Under the pieces are notes generated by a model. It was given only the letters and a program-made list of their open reading frames with translations, did no database searches and was not told the origin of the DNA. Of a stretch of DNA of 64,000 nucleotides, positions 52,836 through 64,000 are shown one piece after another. This stretch comes from Octopus vulgaris. Its lineage: Eukaryota. Position numbers and translations under genes: made by a program. The stretch lies in contig OX597821.1 in the NCBI GenBank assembly GCA_951406725.2, positions 49,910,001 through 49,974,000 of the forward strand, written 5' to 3'. The first letter of the stretch is position 1. Each line of letters begins with the position of its first letter.

Positions 52836-53099
52836 GTGGTGAAAGAGTACAGCAGGGTTAATAACCACCCCCTGCCGGAGCATCGTGGAGGTTTAGATGT
52901 TTTTGCTCAATAAACACTCACAATGCCCGGATGCTGATTGGTGAACCAGTTTTGGAGATTGCATCGAGCTGTACCGATATAATGTAGGATAAATTATATC
53001 GCCTAAAGAAATGTATCTATGATCTACCCGATGCTCACTGACACTACAGACAACACTGTAATCATCCCAGGAATACGGACTGTGATCTTAAGAGACATC

Positions 53100-53175
<76 letters not shown>

Positions 53176-53649
53176 GTTAAAGAGGACAATAAACGTTAAG
53201 GCAAGTCAAACATATACGTTATTATTATCGGAAAAATTTAAAGTCTTACAGCTGTTTCTGAGATATCTCAAAGTATGCAAGCATTACCAACTTTTATCTT
53301 TTTACATATTTCAATTCACGATTAGATTACTGTACATAAATCCCTACTAAACAAGGTTTTTGAAACCTGTCTCTGTCTGTACACATATAATCCCCACCCA
53401 TTACCGAAAGCTGAACCATTATCTCCCTTACCCACAACAATAACAATAATAACGACAACCAATTATCTCCCTTTATTTATCTACTCGTGAATTTCATCAC
53501 ACACAACATGGACCGAATTTCTTCTTAAGAAAAAATATATATTCAAATAAGTAAAACAAAATATCATGAATAGCGATAGCGAAACCGGTCGATATATTAA
53601 AAATTATATTAAAACTATGGAAGTGTGCGTATTTTCCTTTTTTAATTTC

Positions 53650-53848
53650 TTATATGCATATATATATATATATATACATATATATGTATATTCATATATA
53701 TATACATATATATGTATGTATATATATATGTATGTATATATATATGTATATATGTATATATATATATGTATGTATATATATATATGTATATATGTATATA
53801 TATATATGTATGTATGTATATATTTATGCATGTATGTATGTATGTATG

Positions 53849-53898
<50 letters not shown>

Positions 53899-54072
53899 TA
53901 AAACTTACTTGGAAAAGGATGCGTGGTTTTTGATTCCTGTACCCATATATGCATGTATATATACATATAGATGTAGGTATGTACATATATGTATATAAGC
54001 ATATATTTATATATTATTTATATGATATATATATATATATATATATGCATATATTTATATATTATTTATATG

Positions 54073-54103
<31 letters not shown>

Positions 54104-54124
54104 TATATTTATATATTATTTATA

Positions 54125-54170
<46 letters not shown>
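53650..54170. repeat. Degenerate (TA)n/(TATG)n microsatellite field with a 3x GCATATATTTATATATTATTTATATG repeat
   Basis: Seen directly. Confidence 0.9.
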
Positions 54171-54171
<1 letters not shown>

Positions 54172-55169
54172 GGAATCTTAAGATGCCATTCTTGGAGAAA
54201 TATGTATGAAAATAATTATTTTAAAACACGATGCATTATAAGAATGTAAATAAATTGCAATTCTTTATGGCTATTTGATTTCATTAAACACGGTAGGATG
54301 AGAAACAAAAACAAAATTGATTTTGGCAGGATTTCAAGTCAGAACATAAAAAAGAACTAACCAAATATCGCCAAATATTTCGGCCAATCGTCTGAGTTTT
54401 CCAGTTTATCGCCCAATTAATTGAAAAGTACTGAACAATTCAGGATGTTATTGTTATAAGTTGTAATTAACTGTATAAATAATTCTGTCTGCTAATTATT
54501 TCTTTCTTTATTGTATAGGTAATTAACTACTTAATTATCTATTTAACACCTACAGAAATGTTCATCTTGAATTCCTAGAATCGAAATTAAAGATCTCTGC
54601 TGGTTGGTATAACGTTAAGTGGAAGGTGTTTCCCTAGATAAACAATTTAGTAGCTTCAGTTAAGGAGTGGACAATTGCTAACTTCTCGCTCTTCAAATCC
54701 GTTTACAATAAATATAGAAATAAATAAGTAGGCGACTTGAAAATTTCGAAATGCTTACAAAAATTCGTTAAAAGTGATTGAGCGCTATTTTTTTAAGATG
54801 CTGCTGAGATAGAAAGATAGATATAACAGGGAAAGAATAAGGTAAATATTATTTAAACAAAAAATATTTAATCAAACAGAAAATTAGAAATATTCATTTT
54901 TGTGTTTGCTTTCTACGATATTTTATGTGGAACAAGAAGGTACACGACTCCGTTGTGAAGGTGTTCGCCTTATCGTTTAATTATTTATTTGTTTCAGTCA
55001 GTGGACTGCGGCCATGCTGGGACACCGCCTTGAAGGGTTTTAATGGAACAGATCGACCCCCAATACTTGTTTCTTTTTTAAAGTTTGGTACTTACTCTAA
55101 CGGTCTAAATTACGGAGACATGAACAAACCAACACCGATCGTCAAGCGGTGGTAAAGACAAACAACACA

Positions 55170-55222
<53 letters not shown>

Positions 55223-55348
55223 TCTTTTATTCTTTTACTTGCTTCAGTCATCTGACTGCGGCCATGCTGGAGCACCACCTTGGACTATACACACACATAT
55301 GCACACACACATTCACACACCCACACATACACACGGCAGGTTCTTTCA

Positions 55349-55405
<57 letters not shown>

Positions 55406-56439
55406 CAGATAGACGATGGGTTTCTTTCAGTTTCTGTCAACAAAATCCACTCACGAAGCTTTGGTAGGACTGGGGTTATAGAACAAGACACGTGCCACGC
55501 AGTGAAACTGAACCCGGAACAATGTGGGTGAGAACCAAACTGCTTTCCACACAGCCACGCCTGAGAATTCAATTCTTAGACCAGGCAGTGTGTTGTGTTC
55601 TTGAGCAAGGCACATGATCACATGATCTTACCTTCCTCTGTCTCTTCAATTATAAATGAATACCAGTCGGGTGTTGGTACTGTCCTGTCTCCGTCCAACT
55701 GAATATCACATCTAAAGATATTCTGATGGCTCCAAACGTTGTAGGGTCCGCAACGGTGTCTATGTCTACCCATGACTACATAGGTACTTAAAACCGTTCG
55801 CAAAAGCATAGTACATGCGACCAAGCCACACTCATTCACGAATGATTGCTGCCTCTACCTTCCTAAAATAGTTGTGTTGTAATTGATATAGTCTGGAAAA
55901 ATTAGATTGTCAATAAAATATAAACACACTCCCAGTGGTTTTAGTTCACGTTTATATCGCTGTTCGTTTTTAGAAAAGCTTTCATCAAACAACTGTGCAA
56001 GTTTCTTCTCATTTTCTTTGTATTTTTATTTCATCGGCATCATAATATTTTATTTTTAATATGTACATAATAACTTTCAAATCTTATAATAACTCTGCTT
56101 GTCACTCCGTTACTTAGCCCGACTGTAACGCTTCCACGTGATTAGTTGAAGGGAAAGCGAGGAATAGGAGGGTGATGTGGTGAGGGATGTGGGGGAGATA
56201 GCGAGAGGAGATATGGGAGGGGAGGGAGAGGTGCTGGTGCGTGAAATGTGTAATTTTTTAAACTAAGTTTTTTCTTTCGTTACTTAGCCCGTCTGTAACG
56301 CTTTCGCGTGATTAGTTGAAAGGAAAAGCGAAAAGCGAAAGAAAAAGGAGAGAGTAAAAGAAGGTGAGGTGAATAATGAGAGAGAAAGAGGGTGAGTGTT
56401 GTGTATTAAGTCTCTACAATTGTGCATAAAGTAGATAAA

Positions 56440-56498
<59 letters not shown>

Positions 56499-56902
56499 GC
56501 ATTAAGTAATCATTTTATTCCAATTCCCTTCACTTTTCAATGATTAGCAGATGAGCGATATCTTCTTAGGATAAAGTTTTCAGAAATAACCCAATAAGTT
56601 TACCATTAATTCCGTGAAATATTCACGGGTCCAGTTAGTAAATAACGTAACTTTTAACTTTTTGTAAAATACATTGAAAGAAAAGAAATTACTCTTGCAA
56701 AAGTGTTTACTGTCCCAAATCTAACACAACATTCAATCATTGCATTCATTTTGCTGTATATGTATTGGTGTTGTTAGACAGAGATGTGAAAATATAAAAT
56801 AAAAAATTGTGTCATGGTTACAGAGTTACAGACAGAGAAATGTGTCAGTTCTACCAAATAACCAACTAAGAACAATATGAAAACATTTGAAATTGAGCAA
56901 GC

Positions 56903-56954
<52 letters not shown>

Positions 56955-56957
<3 letters not shown>

Positions 56958-57347
56958 TTTTATTCATTTATTCTTTTACTTGTTTCAGTCATTTGACTGT
57001 GGCCTTGCTGGAGTACCGCCTTTAGTCGTGCAAATCGACCCCAGAGCTTATTCTTTGTAAGCCTAGTACTTATTCTATCGGTCTCTTATGCCGAACCGCT
57101 AAGTTACATGGACATAAACACACCACCACCGGTTGTCAAGCAGGACAAACACAGACACACAAACATACACACCACACACACACACACACATATATATATG
57201 TATATATATATATATATATATACATATACGACGGGCTTCTTCCAGTTTCCGTCTACCAAATCCACTCACAAGGTGCCACGTAGTGGAGTTGAACCCATGA
57301 CCATGTGGTTGGTAAGCAAGCTATTTACCACACAGCCACTCCTACAC

Positions 57348-57423
<76 letters not shown>

Positions 57424-57645
57424 ATACTCTTTTACTCTTTTACTTGTTTCAGTCATTTGACTGCGGCCATGCTGGAGCACCGCCTTTAGTCGAGCAACTC
57501 GACCCCGGGACTTATTCTTTTGTAAGCCCAGTACTTATTCTATCGGTCTCTTTTGCCGAACCGCTAAGTAACGGGGACATAAACACACCAGCGTCGGTTG
57601 TCAAGCAACGCTAGGGGGACAAACACACTCACACAAACACACACT

Positions 57646-57728
<83 letters not shown>

Positions 57729-57896
57729 CATATATACGACGGGCTTCTTTCAGTTTCCGTCTACCATATCCACTCACAAGGCTTTGGTCAGCCCGAGGCT
57801 ATAGTAGAAGACACCTGCCCAAGGTGCCACGCAGTGGGACTGAACCCGGAACCATGTGGTTGGTAAACAAGCTACTTACCACACAGCCACTCCTGC
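56955..57896 (-). mobile_element. Two tandem minus-strand copies of major SINE separated by (TATC)n
   Basis: Copies at 56955-57345 and 57427-57896. Confidence 0.85.
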
Positions 57897-57964
57897 CATC
57901 AAAGTGACACTGGGGTAAAATATATGAATATATATATATATATATATATACACATCGCTTGCTC

Positions 57965-58016
<52 letters not shown>

Positions 58017-58017
<1 letters not shown>

Positions 58018-58388
58018 TAGCAGTATCGCCCGGCGTTGCTCAGGTTTGTAAGGGAAATAACTATAAAGCATTTTTAGAGAGTTATAGCCAAAAAATAGAA
58101 AAAAAATGATGGTAAATTTTTTTGAGAGTTAAAACAGGTGGAGTTGCGTCCCCTAGACGGTCTGTGGTTTGGGTTTCTCATTCTCGACCCCATGTCGAAT
58201 TTATCGATTTTTTCAGAACTGGGGGAACTTTTCAAAATTTTCGCTGCGTTAGTTTTGAATTATGACATTGGGCTATGTGTGTGTCAAGTTTCATCAGAAT
58301 CGGATGAAAGCCGTGGTCAGGGTGAGGGTACAAGCAAACAGACACACAGAAACACGCACAGACAAACTGCCGTTTATATAGAGAGAGA
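58017..58388 (-). mobile_element. Non-autonomous Helitron in a TA microsatellite
   Basis: 3' end (CTAGCAGTATCGCCCGGCGTTGCTC on +) matches the 3' end of the 19949-20511 element. Confidence 0.8.
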
Positions 58389-58398
58389 TATATATATA

Positions 58399-58443
<45 letters not shown>

Positions 58444-58699
58444 AACCACAAATATTTGAGAACATGTTAAACTAGACAAATATAGTTACTTGATAATAAT
58501 TTTGGAGAGAATTTCGTTTGTGTAAGAAAATATCACGAGAATTCTGAAATACGTTGGAAGTAAAACGGCTACACAAATTACCTTTTTTAACTTCTTGAAC
58601 AAGGAAGGAAAACATTAAATAATCTTTTCCTAGATATACATAGGACGAAGAAATTGTCCTTGTGCCATAACAAATATATCTATAACAAATATCATCATA

Positions 58700-59100
58700 G
58701 GCGCAGGAGTGGCTGTGTGGTAAGTAGCTTGCTAACCAGCCACATGGTTCCGGGTTCAGTCCCACTGCGTGGCATCTTGGGCAAGTGTCTTCTGCTATAG
58801 CCCCGGGCCGACCAAAGCCTTGTGAGTGGATTTGGTAGACGGAAACTGAAAGAAGCCTGTCGTATATATGTATGTGTGTGTATTTGTGTGTCTCTGTTTG
58901 TCCCCCTAGCATTGCTTGACAACCGATGCTGGTGTGTTTACGTCCCCGTCACTTAGCGGTTCGGCAAAAGAGACCGATAGGATAAGTACTGGGCTTACAA
59001 AGAATAAGTCCCGGGGTGATTTGCTCGACTAAAGGCGGTGCTCCAGCATGGCCGCAGTCGGATGACTGAAACAAGTAAAAGAAAAAAAGAAAGAAAAAGA
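58700..59100 (+). mobile_element. Full-length major SINE
   Basis: Family match. Confidence 0.9.
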
Positions 59101-59363
59101 AAGAAAGAATTTGTTTTGCAAACCGATAACGGTAAGTGTGGATAAAACGATACTTCCACAAACCATTATCGGTTTGCAAAAGTTTTCTTCTTTGCCGTCC
59201 GTTTTGAATACTCGATTATCATTTTGCTTTTCATCCTTTTGGGGTCGATAAATTAAGAACCAGTCGAGTATTGGGGTCGACGTGATCGACTATCCCCCGC
59301 TCCCAGATTTCCGGCCTTGTGCCTACAGTAAAAAAGGATTATCATCATAGTCATTGTTGCTGT

Positions 59364-59440
<77 letters not shown>

Positions 59441-59648
59441 TATATTATTGTTAAGCTGGCAGAATCGTTTGCATGCTAGACAAAATGCTTAGCGGCATTT
59501 CTTCCGAATTTACGTTTTGAGTTAGAACACCGCCGGGGTCGATTTTGTTTTTCATCCTTTCGGGGCCGATAAAATAATTACTATTTGAGCGCTGAGGTCG
59601 ATGTAATCGACTAACCCCTTCTCCCGAAATTGCTGTCCTTGTACCAAA

Positions 59649-59711
<63 letters not shown>

Positions 59712-60245
59712 GAGTGAGAGAGCAGTGCATGCCATCAAAGTGACACTGGGGTAAAATATATGAAGCCCAGTATACCAATCATGACTACCCGTCTAATAAG
59801 GGTACACAAGGCGCATGCATCACAAACATATGTGTGTGACATGGTGATCTGATATCAAGATAAACAGCACATGACCTTGCAGGTGGGGCCCAGTTAGAAT
59901 TTTCTTTTGGTTGAGTAACCTATCCGCTCGAAAGGTCCCTGAATAAGGTTTGTTTAAGGATGTTGAACGAAACACCCATGTTTCCAAAGGTGAATTATCC
60001 AAACCTCTAAGAATCTCTCCCAACACATGGTTATGATGCACCCGCACTACTTCTGCTCGTGATCAGAGATGCACATATCGTCAGCCACCAAGAGACATGC
60101 TCAACTGGTTATGGTCAAACAACTGACAAGCAAATTTGTGGTATTGAACAGAATATTTGCTATAGCCCATCTTCTATACCAAGACAAAGCAATGTACATG
60201 ATAACACTTCCAATCAGTTAAGATCAGAAGCCATAAGAGCCACTG
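59712..60245 (-). mobile_element. Interspersed SINE-like repeat with (AAT)n tail
   Basis: Its GCCATCAAAGTGACACTGGGGTAAAATATATGAA segment recurs at 57895-57928. Confidence 0.5.
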
Positions 60246-60908
60246 CATCAGAGTATGGGAACTGCATCGGGGTATTTATAATTATTATTATTATTGTTAT
60301 TATTATTATTCAACATTTGATAGTTTCAGGCAGATTGCTACTGCATCACCTGCTGCACCTCCATGTTGCTGGGGTGTGTGCAGTATTACATGTTCTTTTT
60401 TTGTTGTTGTTGGCGGAGTGCAAACTCTTCTCTGCATCGTATCGCATCAGTTTTGTTGGGAAACCAATGAGGATTTCCGATGTCCACACCTTACGCTAAA
60501 TCATTAGTCATAAACATTAGTCATAAACAAAACCGGTGCTCTCAAGTGAAAATTTCTTGAAATATAAGTTTTATCATGTGACACAGACAGATTAGTTTTT
60601 ACCCTCTCTTCCTAAAACCAATGTCAGGATTTGGCTCAAGAAACATTTAACCACCATGTATCATGAAATAAATTCAGTGGATTATAATAGTTTTTTTCCT
60701 GTCTTGACACAAATATCTGGCTGATAATAGTGTTTCGCTTCTTGGTGTCAATTGCATCATATTTTAAGTGAACGTTTCCGACGAAGAGCTCCGCTCGAAA
60801 CGTTGAAATCCTCCTTCTTTCCTTCTTTCCTGAGCGTCCAATAATACTATATTTGTTCCACATCCTCGCGTTGTTGTGTTTTCTCTTTGTCTTTTCATGT
60901 TTGGGTTA

Positions 60909-60984
<76 letters not shown>

Positions 60985-61201
60985 TTATTCTAAACTTACA
61001 GGGAAAAATCTAATTTAGAAATACTAAATCAAATTTCACAAAATATTATATATATATAAATTAGAAAAAACTCACCTTTTATCAATTCAATAATGAAAAA
61101 TTAAGTTATACCATTTAGAAAAATTACATATTATAAAAAGATTAAATATAAGATAAAACATATAACTATGATTAAGTAATGTGCAAAATAATAAATAAAA
61201 C

Positions 61202-61280
<79 letters not shown>

Positions 61281-61697
61281 TGTATGTATGTATGTATGTA
61301 TGTGTGTGTTTGTGTGCCTTTGTTTGTCCCCCCAACATCGCTTGGCAACCGATGTTGGTGTGTTTACGTGCCCGTAACTTAGCGGTTCAGCAAAACAGAC
61401 CGATAAAATAAGTACTAGGCTTCCAAAGAATAAGTCAAGGGGCCGATTTGCTCGACTAAAGGCAGTGCTCCAGCATAACCGCAATCAAATGACTGAAACA
61501 AATAAGAGAATAAAAGAATGTGTAAACAAGCTTCGGAGAGGGATTGAAACCATGTCACACTTCTAAGAAATGGCTGTTAACTTGGTTGCATCTCGTTCTA
61601 CGGATGGCTTACTTTTGTTACACGATAACTAACTCTCGCAATAATATTCTGCTCCATGACATTTTAAAAGAATTTTTTAATAAGTTTTCTACATATA

Positions 61698-62120
61698 GGC
61701 GCAGGAGTGGCTGTGTGGTAAGTAGCTTGCTAACCAACTACATGGTTCCGGGTTCAGTCCCACTGCGTGGCATCTTGGGCAAGTGTCTTCTGCTATAGCC
61801 CAGGGCCGACCAATGCCTTGTGAGTGGATTTGGTAGACGGAAACTGAAAGAAGCCTGTCGTATATATGTATATATATATAAGTGTGTGTGTGTATATGTT
61901 TGTGTGTCTGTGTTTGTCACCCTAGCATTGCTTGACAACCGATGCTGTTGTGTTTACGTCCCCGTCACTTAGCGGTTCGGCAAAAGAGACCGATAGAATA
62001 AGTACTGGGCTTACAAAGAATAAGTCCCGGGTCGATTTGCTCGACTAAAGGCGGTGCTCCAGCATGGCCGCAGTCAAATGACTGAAACAAGTAAAAGAGT
62101 AAAAGAGTAAAGAGTAAGAG
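61698..62120 (+). mobile_element. Full-length major SINE
   Basis: Family match. Confidence 0.9.
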
Positions 62121-62509
62121 TATATGCTTATTATACACGCACGTGCGGAGACACACACACACACGCACACACACACACACACGTATCTATAACTATATGT
62201 ATCTGTGTGTGTATGTATATATTTATGTATCATGTGTGGGACCAAACGGATGTTGTTAAACATCGCTTCCATGTGACTTTACTACTCTGGTTTGGCAAGC
62301 CGGTCAACATTCCCCCCTGATCGGTAAGCTAGTCCATCGCAGGGTTACCCATTTACAGCTGAGCGGGCTGAAGCAACGGGAAAAGGAAATGTTTTACTCA
62401 AGAATACAACGCCCAACCAGTTTGAGAATCAAAACCACGATCTCATGACTGTGAGTGGAATACACCTAATCACTAGGCTACGCGCCTTTATTTATGGTCT
62501 TATATATAT

Positions 62510-62830
62510 ATTTTTATACGTTTCAGCGTTAAGGCTGTGGCTATGCTGGAGCACCACCAGTGTAATCGGCTTTTCATTGGCCAATCTTCTATGATTGGCT
62601 TTTGGTGAAGGAGCGAGTTTGACACTTCAGTTCTCTTTTGAGTTTTCTGCCTTGATATCTGTTCATCTGGAACCTCGGATAGCAGGAGGTCAAATTGTTT
62701 CTTTAAAACATCTACTCCTATTCCATAAAGATCCCTCAAATATTTTGGCAAGGCGTTAAATAGCTGTGGGCCCTTCAATCCCAAGCTATAGCAGAAAATG
62801 GTCCTCACTCTAAACGGAATAGCTAGGATG
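62510..62830 (-). mobile_element. 3' end of CR1-clade LINE
   Basis: SLGLKGPQLFNALPKYLRDL...FDLLLSEVPDE...SNSLLHQ; 3' tail GGTGGTGCTCCAGCATAGCCACAGCCTTAACGCTGAAAC. Confidence 0.8.
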
Positions 62831-62871
62831 TCGGAGTAATGTCAGAGGCTGGTATAACTTTCGATACCAAA

Positions 62872-64000
62872 TTGGGTCATCCCATAAATAATGCGGTTTT
62901 CTCAATTGCAAGAACTAAAATTCGGAGGGGGACGCCATAGACTACTTGCATCAACTTGCTATAAAAGCAGGTTGTAATTTTACCTTGACCTTATTCATAG
63001 TGCAAGTTTTGAAGAGAGCAGTTCGATTTTAAGTTATATTTTCAAAGCTAAAATGGAAGTGACAAAGCAACATATTCGATACATTTTGCTTTATGAGTTC
63101 AATAAAGGCAGCAACAGAATGGAAAGTGCGAGGAATATTAATACAGTATATGGGGATCGGACAATAAGCGTAAGCCAGTGACAACGGTGGTTCCAGAAAT
63201 TCCGAGCTAGAAACTACAGCCTAGAAGACAAGCCTCGTCCTGTAAGATATGTAGAGCTCGAAGAGGACGTCCTGCAAACCCATCATAACTTGAAAAACTA
63301 ACAGAGAAGCTTGGATTTGGTCATTGAACCATTTATCGACACCTGCGTGCCACCGAAAAAGACAACAAATTAGGTCAATGGGTTCCTCACAAACTTTCCA
63401 AGTCTAATCACGCGCAGAGAGTAAATGTGAGTACTTCTTTGCTGTTACGTCTCACGAATGAATCTTTTTTGAACCGAATAGTGATTGGTGACGAGAAATT
63501 GGTTCTCTATAAAAATATCAAGTGCCGAAGACAGTAGGTAGAGAAGGGAGAAACACCGGCAGTCCGGGCCAAAGAATGTCTTCATCTACGTAAGGTGTTG
63601 TTATTTGTTTGTTGGGATATGAAAGGTTTAGTCCACTTTGAACTTTTAAGCCAAACCAAACGATAACAAAGATCTACCGCGAGCAGTTTGAGCGGCTTAA
63701 ATCAGCGCCAGAAGGCAAATGACCATCTTTATTTTCAAGACGAAATGTGTTCTTCCATCAGGATAACGGTCACCTACATACTGCGAGGATAAGATTCCAA
63801 AGACTAAAGCGGTTTGAATGGAAAACGATGCCCCACCTACCATATTCGCCGGACATTGCCCCATCTGATTATCATTTGTTCTGCAATCTTCAAAATCATT
63901 TCGACGGAGAAAATATGAATTCTGTAGATGAGATCAGAGCAATACTGGAGGAATATTTTTCGTCACGGACAAGTGAATTTTGGAAGAGAGGCCTTGCAAG
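62872..64000 (+). mobile_element. Decayed mariner (DD34D) transposon, runs off the window end
   Basis: ATG at 63053 (MEVTKQHIRYILLYEFNKG); WVPHKL, IVIGDEKL, FHQDNGHLH and YSPDIAPSDYHLF motifs with stops and frameshifts. Confidence 0.9.

Noticed and set aside
51100-64000. Upstream CIB exons 1-3
   Set aside because: I found no segment matching the expected ...LPELK exon or a myristoylation-type N-terminus; they are probably beyond the window.

Overview
This is AT-rich, microsatellite- and transposon-dense eukaryotic DNA. The SINE families and repeat landscape suggest an octopus (coleoid cephalopod) genome, which is an inference. It holds the 3' ends of two convergent protein-coding genes: a PAK1IP1/Mak11-like gene on + (last two coding exons, 2750-2945 and 11412-11473) and a CIB1-like EF-hand gene on - (exons 50710-50857, 13807-13934, 13017-13105, 11691-11712; 5' exons not found in the window). 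Their predicted 3' ends overlap, and one CIB intron is about 36.8 kb. Almost everything else is intronic and filled with transposons: tRNA-headed SINEs, a decayed Gypsy element with nested insertions, RTE/L1-Tx1/CR1/CRE LINE fragments, Penelope-like elements (PLEs), Helitrons, and piggyBac, hAT, maT and mariner DNA transposons. Most ORFs in the supplied track are microsatellite or SINE artefacts. The most notable observations are: a PLE pseudo-LTR carrying a tRNA-like Pol III promoter upstream of a minimal hammerhead ribozyme; several further hammerhead motifs with recurring non-canonical cores; an RTE LINE with a twin-priming-type 5' inversion; a young GC-rich RTE copy; a near-perfect ~320-bp intronic inverted repeat; a phase-compatible candidate alternative CIB exon; and a pre-miRNA-like hairpin.
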